Of a stretch of DNA of 64,000 bases, positions 43,894 through 57,015 are shown piece after piece. The number at the start of each line of letters is the position of its first letter. Position 1 is the first letter of the stretch. The stretch spans positions 61,008,001 to 61,072,000 of the forward strand of contig OZ024746.1 of NCBI GenBank assembly GCA_964016885.1, in the 5' to 3' direction. The position numbers were made by a program, and so were the translations under genes. Source of the stretch: Eledone cirrhosa (Eukaryota). The notes beneath the pieces are model-generated. The model did no database searches and was not told the origin of the DNA. It saw only the letters and a list, made by a program, of their open reading frames with translations.

Positions 43894-44165
43894 GGAGGTG
43901 AGTTTTATTGTAGTACAATATGTTGATTTATTGTAGTACAATATGTTGATTTAAAACTGAACTATCCACAAGTGTTTTTTAACCTTCATATCATGTCCTC
44001 CTGTTTTATCTGATGAAAACACAAATATTATTGCATGATGATATTTGTTTTTGAAATGCGCATAATAAAATACATGGAACTCTTTTAACCATCTTTTGTT
44101 CTTATATATTATGTATACTCCAGTCCTACAAACTGTAGAGTGCTTCTTATCCGATATCTGCATTG

Positions 44166-44169
<4 letters not shown>
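43890..44169. mobile_element. Family F divergent insertion with HHR at 44002-44072(+)
   Basis: Short minus arm GTAGGAGGTGAG..; plus arm matches 39300-39465 and continues further. Confidence 0.8.
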
Positions 44170-44201
<32 letters not shown>

Positions 44202-44371
44202 TAGTAATTCTCTTCCCTGCCTCATTATATACATAACTTGTTCTATTCTGCGTCGCTCAATATACGTAATTTACTCTCTTCTTCTCAAAATATTTAACTT
44301 AGTATGACAGGCAGTTACATAAGTAAAATTTCCCTTTGATTAATTACTACGTACATAGTAGAGGTCGATAG

Positions 44372-44583
44372 ATTGGCAGTATCGTGAGAGTGTTGGACAA
44401 CATGCTTTTCATCATACAGCTACAGCTCTTTACGTTCTGAGCCCAAATCAAACCGATGTTAGCTTCACCTTTCATCCTTAAGGGGTCGATGAAATAGAAT
44501 ACCAGTAATGCAAAGAGAGTGATTTAATTTTCGCCTCTCCCTCAAAATTCTTGGCCTTGTACCTAAATCAGAAATCATTAATT
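44372..44583 (+). mobile_element. Diverged family B SINE
   Basis: CCTTTCATCCTTAAGGGGTCGATGAAATAGAATACCAG core. Confidence 0.75.
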
Positions 44584-44868
44584 ACGAGGCGTACTTTGAC
44601 CCCGTACTGCCGAGCTCCTCTGCAAGTACGGAACGTCAGCAGCGCGTCTGAGGAAGGAGCGTCGCGAAGTAGCGTGGCTGTTGCACCATGTGTCACTGGC
44701 CATTGTCCGCAGAAATGCTTTTGCGTTCTTGTCCCCAGAGTTCATCTCCCTCCTCTTCCCCCGCCCATTCTTCTGTGACCCTAGAACCCTTACCCTTCCC
44801 TTCCTTTTCAGTTTTTAAACATTAATAACATTCTAACCTTTCAAACTGTATTAATTACCATATGGTAG

Positions 44869-44948
<80 letters not shown>

Positions 44949-45019
44949 GTATCTATTATATGGTAATTAATATATATATATATATATGTGTGTGTGTGTA
45001 TCTATCATATGGTAATTAA

Positions 45020-45232
45020 TGGTTTCTTATATAGGAATAAGGCCAGCAATTTTGGGAGAGGGGGAAGTTGATTAAATCGACCCCAGTGTGTGACTGGTAC
45101 TTTATTTTATCGACCCCGTAAGGATGAAAGGCAAAGTTAACCTCGGCGGGATTTGAACTCAGATCACAAAGGGCCGTAACTTTATGCTGCAAAGCATGTT
45201 GTCCGACGCTCTACCGATACTGCCAATCGACC
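45020..45232 (-). mobile_element. Family B SINE
   Basis: Reverse complement of the family B core and head. Confidence 0.85.
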
Positions 45233-45399
45233 AACCTACCATATGGTAATTAATACAGTTTGAAAGCTTGGAATTTTATAAATGTTTAAAAACTGAAAAG
45301 GAAGGGAACGGTAAGGGTTTTAGGGTCACAGAAGAATGTGGAAGGCGACCCCAAGAGCGGAAGGCCTTCAATGAGTAGGAACTGAGGCCAACGCTGAGC

Positions 45400-46276
45400 A
45401 CGTGAGGCACGTGAGGCAGGTGGTGCATGGCGATCATCGGCTGACTGTTCCACTGATCGCAAGTGAGCTCGGCATGAACCACAACAGCGTTTGGAAGATT
45501 ACCACTGAAGATTTGGACATGCGGAAGATCTGCGCGAACATAGTGCCGAAGCTGCTCAACGATGACCAGAAGGAGATGCGCATTCAGGTCTGTCATCACA
45601 TGATCGAGCGTGTTGAAACCAACCCAGACTCGCCGGTGATGAGTTATGAATATTCGAGTAATACCCAGAGACCGAGTGCCAGAGCTTTAAGTGGATGAGA
45701 CCGAAGTCGCTGAGGGCAAAGAAAGCAAGACAGTCGAAGTCCAAAGTGTAACTCATGTTGACCACGTTCTTGGATACGAGGGGCACCGACCTCCTAGAGT
45801 TCTTGCCACAGGCGATCAACCAGCATATCTGCAAAGAGATCTTGCGGCGTTTGCTTCTTTCAGTGCGCCCGAAGAGGCGAGAGTTCTGGCAGGACAACTC
45901 GCAGCTGCTTCACTACGACAACGTGTCGGCTCGGAGCGCCCAAGTATCCGGCAGTTCCTAGCCGAGAAGAACATCGCTGTGCTGGAGCAACCTCCCTACT
46001 CACCCGACCTAGTTCCATGTGATTTTTTCCCTTTTCCCCAATCTCAAGAGAGTCAACAAAGGGATCGGTTTTCCGGATGTGGAAGCCATTAAGAAGGCCA
46101 TGACGAGGACTGTGTGGAGAATCCCGGAAGAATTCTTCTTGGAATACAATGAGGCGTGGCGGAGAAGGATGGGAAAATGTGTTAGACTCGAGGGGGATTA
46201 TTACGAAGAGGAAAACTTGTTTGTAGTTTATTTTTGAAATATTTTTTGCAACCCCAGTTTCCTGTATCTTTCCTCA
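45400..46276 (+). pseudogene. Decayed mariner-type transposase
   Basis: HTH-like DHRLTVPLIASELGM..DMRKICANIVPKLL, LLHYDN, VLEQPPYSPDLVPCDFF, CVRLEGDYYE; multiple frameshifts. Confidence 0.85.
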
Positions 46277-46299
46277 CACACACACACGCACACGCACAC

Positions 46300-46402
<103 letters not shown>

Positions 46403-46862
46403 CTTTCAAAAATATCCCGCATGGCTAAGATTTTAGAATATAAATCCAAACCAGTGGGGCGTACACGACAAAGACAATGAAAAAAAAATTGTGTACCACT
46501 TATGGTCCCTCAAAGACTCAGGTGTAGACTATTCCATCTAATGGAAAGCTATCACTAAGTCCAAGCCATAGGCAAGTGGAAATCCGTCTTGTGGACTGTG
46601 CATTGCAGAAAGTATCAATATTCTGAGGAGATTATGCAATAGAGATTGCCTAAATTCAAGGAACGAACTTTTCTCACGTTGTCCACACGTCTGGAAACAC
46701 GTCTTGCATAACTACAAAGCTCCGGACATTCGCAGTTATCTCCCTTACACCTTTCGACCGTGGATTTTTATCGCCTGGGGTAAGTGACTATTTCTGCACA
46801 TGCGTATTCATACGGTTGTTTTCCCCTTTCCTTTTTCCTGTTCCGTACAACCATTCTCAGTC

Positions 46863-46899
46863 CGAACTGAAGATCCGGACGGTGAAACGTTTGTTCTTG
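46863..46899 (+). ncRNA. HHR-like motif
   Basis: CGAA-CTGAAGA-T-CCG-GA-CGG-T-GAAA-CGTTTG-TT-CTTG; downstream flank shared with 32027-32050. Confidence 0.5.
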
Positions 46900-47169
46900 G
46901 CATGGTGAACTAACTGCTGTGTTACTACTTCTATATATATATATAGAAATATTAAAACAATGAAATTAAACACAAAACTGTTAATTCATAGTAAAACTCA
47001 TAATTTTACGATCGTTTCTGGGGGGGGGGGGGAGGGGGTAATTCCCTGTATGTTCATTCAATTATTGATCTATGTAAAACATATTACAAAATATCATAGT
47101 AAGAAAAAGATACATACGTCTTCACTACCCGCCGTCTTCAGAAATAATGAGTTTTGTTTATTGAAGAAT

Positions 47170-47238
<69 letters not shown>

Positions 47239-47242
<4 letters not shown>

Positions 47243-47674
47243 AAAGTTTTATTTAAAATTGTTGGGTTACAACAAGTAAATATTTTATAACTGATATAAA
47301 GCACTCGACAAGTTTTTGGAGTAGATATACGATATTAAATAAATGGAAACTATATTTATAAAACCATATTTATTTCAGTATACATATTTCAGGGATACCA
47401 AATTAAAATATGGCATGCCTTCGTCAGATAAAATACAATATATAAACAGTTTTATAAATAATTTTGACGTACCCTATTAGAAGCGACCATTATTTTTGGA
47501 AGCTTCCAAAAATAATGGTCGCTTCTAATAGGGTACGTCAAAATTATTTATAAAACTGTTTATATATTGTATTTTATCTGACGAAGGCATGCCATATTTT
47601 AATTTGGTATCCCTGAAATATGTATAATGAAATAAATATGGTTTTATAAATATAGTTTCCATTTATTTAATATC

Positions 47675-47677
<3 letters not shown>
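47239..47677. mobile_element. Family D fold-back insertion with no spacer
   Basis: Arms 47329-47502 / 47503-47677 meet at the palindrome GGAAGCTTCC; HHR (CTGACGA) on both arms. Confidence 0.9.
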
Positions 47678-47718
<41 letters not shown>

Positions 47719-47720
<2 letters not shown>

Positions 47721-47852
47721 CGAAGGAAATGTGGTAAGGAACCAGGTGGACCATAACGCACCAAAGTACTCAATACTTAGGGTAGTAGAGTGGGTAATAG
47801 GAACGAGTAGGACCCCGACGGCTGAGCTCAGCCGTGGGGGTCCTACTCGTTC

Positions 47853-47854
<2 letters not shown>
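47719..47854. mobile_element. Family E fold-back insertion
   Basis: Arms meet at the palindrome CTGAGCTCAG. Confidence 0.85.
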
Positions 47855-47891
<37 letters not shown>

Positions 47892-48195
47892 TACATAAAC
47901 ACACACATACAGATATATCTATTTATTTTCTTCAACTTTACATTTTAGACTTAGTTCCGTTTGATTGATTATTTATGTAGTTAATTTCTACGGATTAAGA
48001 GGAAAGACTAGGTAAATTTTATCTCATCGTTCCTTATAAGGGAATATCGGTAACATTTATCTGTTAAATGTAACTTCAAAGTTACATTTTAATCTTAGCT
48101 CCGTTTAAATGATTATTTATTTAGTTCATTTCTACGGACTAAGAAGAAAAAACTGGATAAATTTTGTCTTACTATTCTTCAAACTTACAATTATA

Positions 48196-48268
<73 letters not shown>

Positions 48269-48552
48269 TCGTTGACAAGTATATTAATGTGCACAGACAC
48301 ACAGATATATTGTCCTTGGTATGACAGTGTGGTTTTAGGTCAATATAGGATAACTGTATACTAGAGAGCCCGGGACCCCCCCCCCCCCTTACTTGTCCTT
48401 TATCCTTGTTCTGGTGACTGAGCTCGATTGAGCCTGCAACCTTTGATATATTTATGTTTATAAGCTCCGATGATTCCTGCCCTAGGGTATGGATGAAACA
48501 CTGTTAGTAAATAAAACAATGTATTTCTAATCACTCTTTGGTTATTCCTAAA

Positions 48553-48614
<62 letters not shown>

Positions 48615-48619
<5 letters not shown>

Positions 48620-51600
48620 GGATTTTAATGGATACAGTTTAGTTAAAAGGAATTTATTGACACGTGTTTCTATAACAGTTACATAACCTGAAAACAGCTG
48701 CTATCTACAAAGTATTAGTTATGCAGACATTCAATATTTCAATGTTATTATCAACTGTCATTTCATCGGAATAATTTTACTGAGGACCTGTTTGGTTTTT
48801 ATAGAGAATATTAGGAGGGAGGGGTGAAGTTGTTAGAAGAATAGTTGAGGGAGTGGTTTTTTGATAGCAGTGAGAATTTTTGGTGGCAGTGAGTAATTAG
48901 ATTCCCATCTGTTGTTTTGACATTTTTATAGAATATATTATTGGTTATTTTTCTAAATCTATAGAAGGATTAGAGATAGTATAGATATGCGTGGTTGGTT
49001 TTGTGTTTGCACTTAATTAACATTCAGACTTAAATTTTTCTTTCAAGTGTACGTATCCTTTCGCCCACGCATTCACACACAAACATATATGCACACCTCT
49101 ACAAAATACATATACTCACATACACATACTTACATGCTCATACTTACATACATATACACATGCATACATATATATATACACATATATACATGTACATACA
49201 TACGCGTTCATGTGTATACATTTTCATACTCAACTTATCTTTATATACACACGTATAGACACACACATATATACACACATACTCCAGTCTATGTATATAT
49301 ATATATATATATATATAAACACTTTAATACATGAATACACTTACATCTAACTATACACATCAAACATATATATATATTTACTTATTTATATACATTTTCA
49401 CATATATATACATACTTATGGTCGCTTTTAGACACATTCATTATAGCATATTTGCACCTATTCTCATCAGCATATCTTTCCATTATTAGTGTGGTAATTT
49501 AAGGTTATTAATATACATATATATGTTGAGAAGAGATTGTTTTTATATTTTTCTAACTAGATTGAGGTTTATATAGTTGGGGGGATGTCTCTCTTTTATG
49601 TAATATTCAGCTTGTAGTGGGAAAAAAGGGTTTTAGTTCGGTGACGGCAGAATAATGTTCGTTCAATTCTGTTATTCAGCAATTTCCTCTTGTGTGTGAT
49701 TATGTAATAAATCTCAAGATTACACAATTTGCAGAATTTTGGCTCCTGGAAAAGCTTTGGGTTTTAGCTAATTTCTCCCATTTTAGGGTAAACTTTTGAT
49801 CGCTATCCCTGAGCGTCCAAGCTTTTTCTGCTAAAGTTGTTACATTTCTTTGGCTCTGGTGTTTTATTGAGTAAGAATGCCTATATAATCGAGATTTAAA
49901 CGATGTTGCCGTTGATCCCACGTAATACCACTCGTTGCCTCCGGATTTAATGGTACACTTATAAATAATATTTTTTTCCAGGCAGTTATTGCCGAGGGGG
50001 CAGTTGTCAGGATAGGTGTAGTTACAGTTGTGTACGTTGGGTTTTCTCTGGAGTAGTATTGCGGACGAACTTAGGTGTGGTTTATTTATGTTCTGTAGTG
50101 TATTGTCTACTGTTTTTTTTGTGTTCTTTGTACTTAAGTTTTTAGTGTTTTCGTTTAACCTTCTAGTATTGATCTTTTTTATGTGTTGTTCAAGGTTTAA
50201 CGCTGTAGAGTATGACAGTCTTATAGTGGTAGGGTTTAGGATTTTGTGGTATTTGTGTGATGTAGGAAAATGTCTCTTAATTATTTTAAAGAAGAGTACT
50301 GGTAAATTTGTACTAATGGAACTATTGTATTCAGGGTTATACCATAAGTACTCTTTGCATCGCTTTCTATTAGTTTTGTTTGTTGGTTTACTGGTGTGTA
50401 TACTATGGTAGTAAGTGTGGTTTGGTGTTGTGTTATTATATCTACCTATGTGGGATTTATTTTGGGTGTTTTGATTGTTCTCATCTATATACTCTATTTT
50501 GTTGAGGTAGCCTGCTTTACTAAGGGCGTTATCGTAGTACTCGGCGTGTTCCTTAAATACTTGTATGTTAGAAGATAGACCCGAGATTCTAAGGGAAATA
50601 TTTTTAGGGATAGATTTAATTATAGAGATGGGGTGGTTAGACTCAACATTTACGTACTTGAGATTTTCATTCAATTTATGAAACGGTTTAATCAGACCAG
50701 AGTTTAAATTGAGTGTGACATCCAGGAAGTTAACTACTTTAAGGTTGTATTCATATGTTATAGTTAGTCCTATTTCGAGTAGTAGTTTTCTTATATCTTT
50801 GCGTAGTTTTTCTAGTTTTTGGTTATTTAGGTTTTTAATTAGGAGGAGAACATCGTCGCGGTATATTCCGCCGTGGAGATTGCTGAATTTTTCCTGGAGT
50901 CTAAAGGCGATAAATAACCCCACAATATCAGTTATTTCCGCCGAATCGTTAGAGCCCATTGTTATGTCAAAGTTAGAGGGTCTATCTTTACGTACCCAAT
51001 AACTGTTCTCAAATTTGACTATAGTTTTCCTAGCTTCTAATATAATCTTAATTTCATCGTTTGTAAGGTCAGAGTTATCCTTAGCAAACTTAATGGCTCT
51101 ATTCAAAGTTTCAGGTGATATCGATGAGTAATATTCGTCGATATCAAACTGGATAAACTTAGATTTATTCTTATTGCTAATGCTATTAAACCATCTTATT
51201 GCTTCTTGGGTCTTCCCCCAGAGTTTAATGTTAACCTTAGCCTTAATTTGGGGGATGATTCTATCTAAGATATATTTGCTTATTTTACCTATATCTGATT
51301 TAGAGGGGTAGATTAATCTAATTTTAGGGTCATTATCAAAGTTTACCTTATGGTCCTTAAGATTGAAGGTGGGTACCGCCGGTAAGAGTGGTCCTGTCCT
51401 ATCTTCGATCCCGAGATTTTTCACTATTTCGCATGCCTCATCATTGATGTGCTTAAGAGTTACTTCATTCGTTTTTCTATATTTTTTATGTAATTCTTTT
51501 CGAATGAAGTTGTTGTATGTAGTGCAGTCCATAGTATACATGTTTGATGTTTTGTCCGCTTTTACTACAATTCCTTTGGTGTTTTTAAGGTCGTCCAGTA

Positions 51601-52893
51601 GTTTTTTAATATCTTTCTGTAATTTGTTGTTGGTGTTACGTCCTTTGAATTTAATTTTAAGGATTAAGTCCATAAGGTCCTGCTCAAATGCATCTAATAG
51701 TGGGTTGGTGGGTGGGTTTTTGCACGTTCTAAAACCAAATTTTTTGTTTACACCACTTTCTGATGGTGAGTTCATACGGCTTCTATCATAGTGGAGCATT
51801 TTCCACCTGACACGTCGAATGAATTCATTAGTTTTTTGAATCATACTCAATAAGTATTCCTTTTTACCTTGGGTTGGTATGTTTTTGAGTGACATATCCA
51901 GGTAGTGTTTTTCCATTGTTGTGGTTGCGTTTGCTGTGTGGGTTGCTCGACTTTACAGGAGGTAAATATACAGTATTTTCCGTAGTGTTGTAATATAAAT
52001 ATTACACACAGTAGATGGACAGCTCACGTAGAGTTTGCTCGACGGTTCCAGTTGTAGTTCCAAAAGTAATCCGGAGAAAAATAGAAGGATTTTAATGGAT
52101 ACAGTTTAGTTAAAAGGAATTTATTGACACGTGTTTCTATAACAGTGTGTATATAAAGATAAGTTGAGTATGAAAATGTATACACATGAACGCGTATGTA
52201 TGTACATATATATATGTGTATATATATATGTATGCATGTGTATATGTATGTAAGTATGAGCATGTAAGTATGTGTATGTGAGTATATGTATTTTGTAGAG
52301 GTGTGCATATATGTTTGTGTGTGAATGCGCGGGCGAAAGGATACGTACACTTGAAAGAAAAATTTAAGTCTGAATGTTAATTAAGTGCAAACACAAAACC
52401 AACCACGCATATCTATACTATCTCTAATCCTTCTATAGATTTAGAAAAATAACCAATAATATATTCTATAAAAATGTCAAAACAACAGATGGGAATCTAA
52501 TTACTCACTGCCACCAAAAATTCTCACTGCTATCAAAAAACCACTCCCTCAACTATTCTTCTAACAACTTCACCCCTCCCTCCTAATATTCTCTATAAAA
52601 ACCAAACAGGTCCTCAGTAAAATTATTCCGATGAAATGACAGTTGATAATAACATTGAAATATTGAATGTCTGCATAACTAATACTTTGTAGATAGCAGC
52701 TGTTTTCAGGTTATATAACTGTTACAGAAACACGTGTCAATAAATTCCTTTTAACTAAACTGTATCCATTAAAATCCTTCTATTTTTCTCCGGATTACTT
52801 TTGGAACTACAACTGGAACCGTCGAGCAAACTCTACGTGAGCTGTCCATCTACTGTGTGTAATATTTATATTACAACACTACGGAAAATACTG

Positions 52894-52896
<3 letters not shown>
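48615..52896 (-). mobile_element. Near full-length Penelope-like element with an inverted pLTR
   Basis: Direct repeat 48615-48679 / 52082-52146 flanks the ORF; 52145-52782 is the reverse complement of 48615-49252 and 52783-52896 of 51966-52081; (TA)n on both sides. Confidence 0.92.
49700..51916 (-). CDS. PLE reverse transcriptase-GIY-YIG endonuclease polyprotein (738 aa; probable frameshift near the C-terminus)
   Basis: SLKNIP, KADKT, FIQFDIDEYYSSI, MGSNDSAEITD, YRDD, VNFLDVTL, SNHP, CNY..CPLGNNC, IIYKC..YYVGST. Confidence 0.92.
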   Translation of the reverse strand: MEKHYLDMSLKNIPTQGKKEYLLSMIQKTNEFIRRVRWKMLHYDRSRMNSPSESGVNKKFGFRTCKNPPTNPLLDAFEQDLMDLILKIKFKGRNTNNKLQKDIKKLLDDLKNTKGIVVKADKTSNMYTMDCTTYNNFIRKELHKKYRKTNEVTLKHINDEACEIVKNLGIEDRTGPLLPAVPTFNLKDHKVNFDNDPKIRLIYPSKSDIGKISKYILDRIIPQIKAKVNIKLWGKTQEAIRWFNSISNKNKSKFIQFDIDEYYSSISPETLNRAIKFAKDNSDLTNDEIKIILEARKTIVKFENSYWVRKDRPSNFDITMGSNDSAEITDIVGLFIAFRLQEKFSNLHGGIYRDDVLLLIKNLNNQKLEKLRKDIRKLLLEIGLTITYEYNLKVVNFLDVTLNLNSGLIKPFHKLNENLKYVNVESNHPISIIKSIPKNISLRISGLSSNIQVFKEHAEYYDNALSKAGYLNKIEYIDENNQNTQNKSHIGRYNNTTPNHTYYHSIHTSKPTNKTNRKRCKEYLWYNPEYNSSISTNLPVLFFKIIKRHFPTSHKYHKILNPTTIRLSYSTALNLEQHIKKINTRRLNENTKNLSTKNTKKTVDNTLQNINKPHLSSSAILLQRKPNVHNCNYTYPDNCPLGNNCLEKNIIYKCTIKSGGNEWYYVGSTATSFKSRLYRHSYSIKHQSQRNVTTLAEKAWTLRDSDQKFTLKWEKLAKTQSFSRSQNSANCVILRFIT

Positions 52897-52988
<92 letters not shown>

Positions 52989-53591
52989 TATAAGGCCTTG
53001 GGCGCGCCACTGACCTCTTTTAGATGTCCTATATTAAACCCCAAAACATCTATGATCTCGGTTTATAGCTGATGAAGGATTCCTTCTCTTGTTTCGTCCA
53101 TACTACCATCTTAAACTTTGTTTACAGTAACCACACAGCTCATTTCGTTTCTTATAATTTTATATTTATATATATATATACATACGCATATGCATGTGTG
53201 TGTTTATGCGTGCGTGATGGAATGTATAAACGAAAGAAGGTTTTCAATAAATATATTTGAATATATATATATTTACTAGAAGTCGAATTTCCAGGTCGCC
53301 TCTATTTCGAGGTTTTCATTTGGCAACCTTTCACTGCTATGTTTTTATTGGTCAATTTTTCTCATGAGTTTCTAACAGTTTAATATGAGTAGAAATATGG
53401 CTGTTGTACTGGTTGGCTGTTATGGTATCAAAGCAATCTACTACAGATAATAATCTACATGAAGCTAATGATACATGAAATGTCTGAGTTTGAATGTATC
53501 ATGGATCTTTCTTATCCTCTTCCCTCTCTCCCACTCTCTCTCCTTCTCTCCCTCTCTTCATCATGCGTATATATATATATGTATATATATA

Positions 53592-53646
<55 letters not shown>

Positions 53647-53705
53647 TTGCAGACATATTTATATATACATACATACATACATACATACATACATACATAC
53701 ATACA

Positions 53706-53741
<36 letters not shown>

Positions 53742-53744
53742 TAA

Positions 53745-53973
53745 AAGTTAAGAATAACATGGTTGATCGTACAAACAAGGGAATTTATTTACAGTCTTAC
53801 AATTGTTTCCATGATAGAATTGTCTATAAATTGCTAGATACTGGAGAAGTACAACTCAATTTACAATACATTTAAGTTCGACCATTTCATCAGAGAACAT
53901 TAAGAAATATAAAATATATGCGTAACGGTAAATTTAAAGATTCAAATTACTATATAAATAATATTATTAATGA

Positions 53974-54004
<31 letters not shown>

Positions 54005-57000
54005 AATAAAGGAAGGTAGATAGATCGAAATGAGAGAGAAAGAAAGAAGGAAGGAAGATATAGTTAAATGTATAACCGGCAAAATTACGTTATAAACTAA
54101 TGACTTTATCCGTAGAATCAGATGGAAAGCATATCATTACGATAAAGGACATAATAATAGTTATCAAATTAATGGATCTACCATCGAAAAATTTGGATTC
54201 AAATCCTGCAAAAATCCACCAGGCAATCCACATCTTGATGCCTTTGAACTTGATCTCATGAACATGCTAAAGGAAATTAAATTCAGAAAACGTACCCACC
54301 ACAACAAACTGCAGAACAACATCAATGTACTTATAAGAAAATTACGTGCCACTAATGGTATCATTGTAAAAGCAGATAAAACATCTAATGTATACACCAT
54401 GAGCCTTAATACATACAACAATTTTATACGCCGCGAATTACATTAAAAATACAAGAAAACCACAGAGCCTACACTCAACAACATTAACATAGAAGGTCTT
54501 AACATAGTAAATAAACTTAAAATATCCGATAGAACCGAGCCTCTTACACCTTGTGAACCCACTTTTAATCTGAAGGATCATAAATGTAACTTCGAAACCA
54601 ACCCTACTATTAGATTGATATAGGCAGAATTAGTAAGTTTATACTAGATAGAATATTACCACAAATTAAGAAACAACTAACTATCAAGCTCTGGGGTAAC
54701 ACAAGTGAAGCAATAGACTGGTTCAACTCATTAGACAATAAAGAATCGTCTGACTTTATACAATTTGACATAAATGACTACTACTCTTCTATCTCCCCAG
54801 CCACCCTTAATAAGGCATTATCCTTTGCCCCAAATCATTCGGATCTTTCAGCAGATGAAATTAAAATAATACTAACCGCTAGACGAACTATCATTAAATT
54901 CGACAACAGCTACTGGGAGAGAAAAAATAGATTGAATAACTTCGATATTACTATGGGATCGAATGACTCAGCCCAGATCACAAACTTGGTTGGAATTTAT
55001 ATAGCATATTTCTTACATAAAGAATTTGGTAACTTACAAGGTGGAATCTATAGAGATTGATACTCTACTTTTAGCTAAAAACGTAAATAGCCAAAACTTA
55101 GAAAGATTAAGGAAGCTGATTAGAAAATTCTTTAATAACTTAGGCCTTAGCATTACTTTCGAACCCAACTCTAAAAAAGTCAACTTCTTGGACGTATCAT
55201 TTAACCTTAACTCAGGACTAATAGAACCCTTCCATAAAAATAAAAAGATAATGAAAATTTAGCTTACATTGACTATAACTCGAGCCATCCTAGGTCCATA
55301 ATTAACTCCATAGCGCATGGTATATCCCTTAGAATCTCACGCCTAGCCTCTAACCATGATATTTTTAATGAACACGCTAGCTACTATAACAGCTTTACTT
55401 AAGGCAGGCCATAAAGAACAACTCAAATACATACCTGATACAAAACATAACACCACACCTAATGTTAACGATACTTCCCACAACCATAGAATCAACAAAT
55501 CTAGATCTAAACGCATACATAGGCACCATATACCTAATTTAAATAAACAAAATAATAATACTAATACCGCTAGCGGACATAGAAAATACAGAAATAGAAA
55601 CTACTTATGGTTTAATCTAATGTTTAACTCCTCTATTAAAACTAATCTTCCTCTCACTTTCTTTAAATTAGTTGACAAACACTTCCCTAAGATACATAAA
55701 TATCATAAAATCTTTAATAGAAAAACTATCAAACTATCATATTCCACTGCTAGCAACATAGAATCGCACATTCATAAAATTAACTACATAAGAATTCATA
55801 ATCTAAATAGTCTCCATATAAGTTCCATGTCACCAAATACAAAACACACACATATTACATCATCGCAACCAAACACACACCAAATGCATATTACATCGTC
55901 GCAACCAAATACACGCCAAATAATACCACCACAATACATCAACAAGCATAATTCGCAGCCCATACATCACAATCTTCAAAATCATATAGTAGAACCGGCA
56001 CATAGGAAAGCATTTCTATGCAATTGCCACCTACCTGACAATTGCCCTCTACTAAAAAGATGCCTTGAGAAAAACGTAGTATACTTGTGTATTATCAACT
56101 CAGGTAGCTTGGCATGGTATTGCATTGGTTCTACAGCTAATGTTTTAAAAAAAACGGTGGTACATGCACAGACATTCTATGATTAATAAGAACCAATCAA
56201 ATACAACTCTTGCCAATAAAATTTGGCAACTCAAAAATGCAGGCACTAAATACGAGATCAGCTGGAAAATACTGTCAACTGCTAAAGCCTATCAAACTGG
56301 TATGTCCCATTGTAGGCTCTGTAATATGGAGCGCTTCCAAATTCTTAATTTTAGTAAAACCCTTCTTAACAGTAGAATTGAGCGAACTATATTCTGCCGG
56401 CATAAATCAGCAACGAAGTTCCTGAACTTTAGACCCACTTAACTCCATTTTCTTCTCCTTAGTCCTTTTTATACTTTTAGCACTTATTACGATATCAAAT
56501 TATCACAAACTTCATAATTACGTAGGAATAACCTAAACACATTTGTATTAACATAATTATTTTTATTTTTATTTGTATTTGCATCATTTATTATCTTATA
56601 TATATACATCTTTCACCATTTATCTTTATATTTCTCCGCTTAAACATATTTCATCTCGTTCATTTTATCTTATAATATAATACATCTCAAACTAGCTATT
56701 TTACATGGTAATCTATATTCGTCCGTATATTTATTTTCTTGTCTCTCTTCTTCATATCCGTATGTTTATTTTTCTCTCTCTCTTCCTCATATCCCCATAT
56801 TCATGATTAATTTCTACACCCTCATCTCTCTTAATCTTCCCCTATTTCTTTCTCATCTTCCTTACTTATCCTTCCTCTTTGCCTATGCTACATCCCCCTT
56901 CTCTCTTTCTCTATATATATCTTTATTATTATTAATGTTATATTTATTTTAATATGATAGGTTGATTTCGTAATTTTGCTGGTTATACATTTAACTATAT

Positions 57001-57015
57001 CTTCCTTCCTTCTTT
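53745..57015 (+). mobile_element. Decayed Penelope-like element with an inverted upstream pLTR
   Basis: ORF fragments 54090-56442 homologous to 49700-51916 with stops and frameshifts; 54040-54089 is the reverse complement of 56968-57015. Confidence 0.88.
53795..53896 (-). ncRNA. HHR-like motif with long stem II in the inverted pLTR
   Basis: TCT-CTGATGA-AATGG..(about 65 nt)..TCATG-GAAA-CAATTG-TA-AGA. Confidence 0.55.

Noticed and set aside
48462-48510. CCGATGA..stem..GAAA motif; similar decayed motifs near 6660, 40414 and 61510
   Set aside because: Core mismatches and weak stems.
52625-52745. HHR-like motifs in the pLTR of the large PLE (CCGATGA..GAAA; TTGTAGA-TAGCAG..CTGTTA-CA-GAAA-CACGTG-TC)
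   Set aside because: Stem II and the palindromic stem III fit, but the core boxes are mutated and stem I is poor; possibly relics, not listed as features.
53066-53100. CTGATGA followed by AGGATTCCT
   Set aside because: No correctly placed GAAA or stem III, so it is not called a ribozyme.
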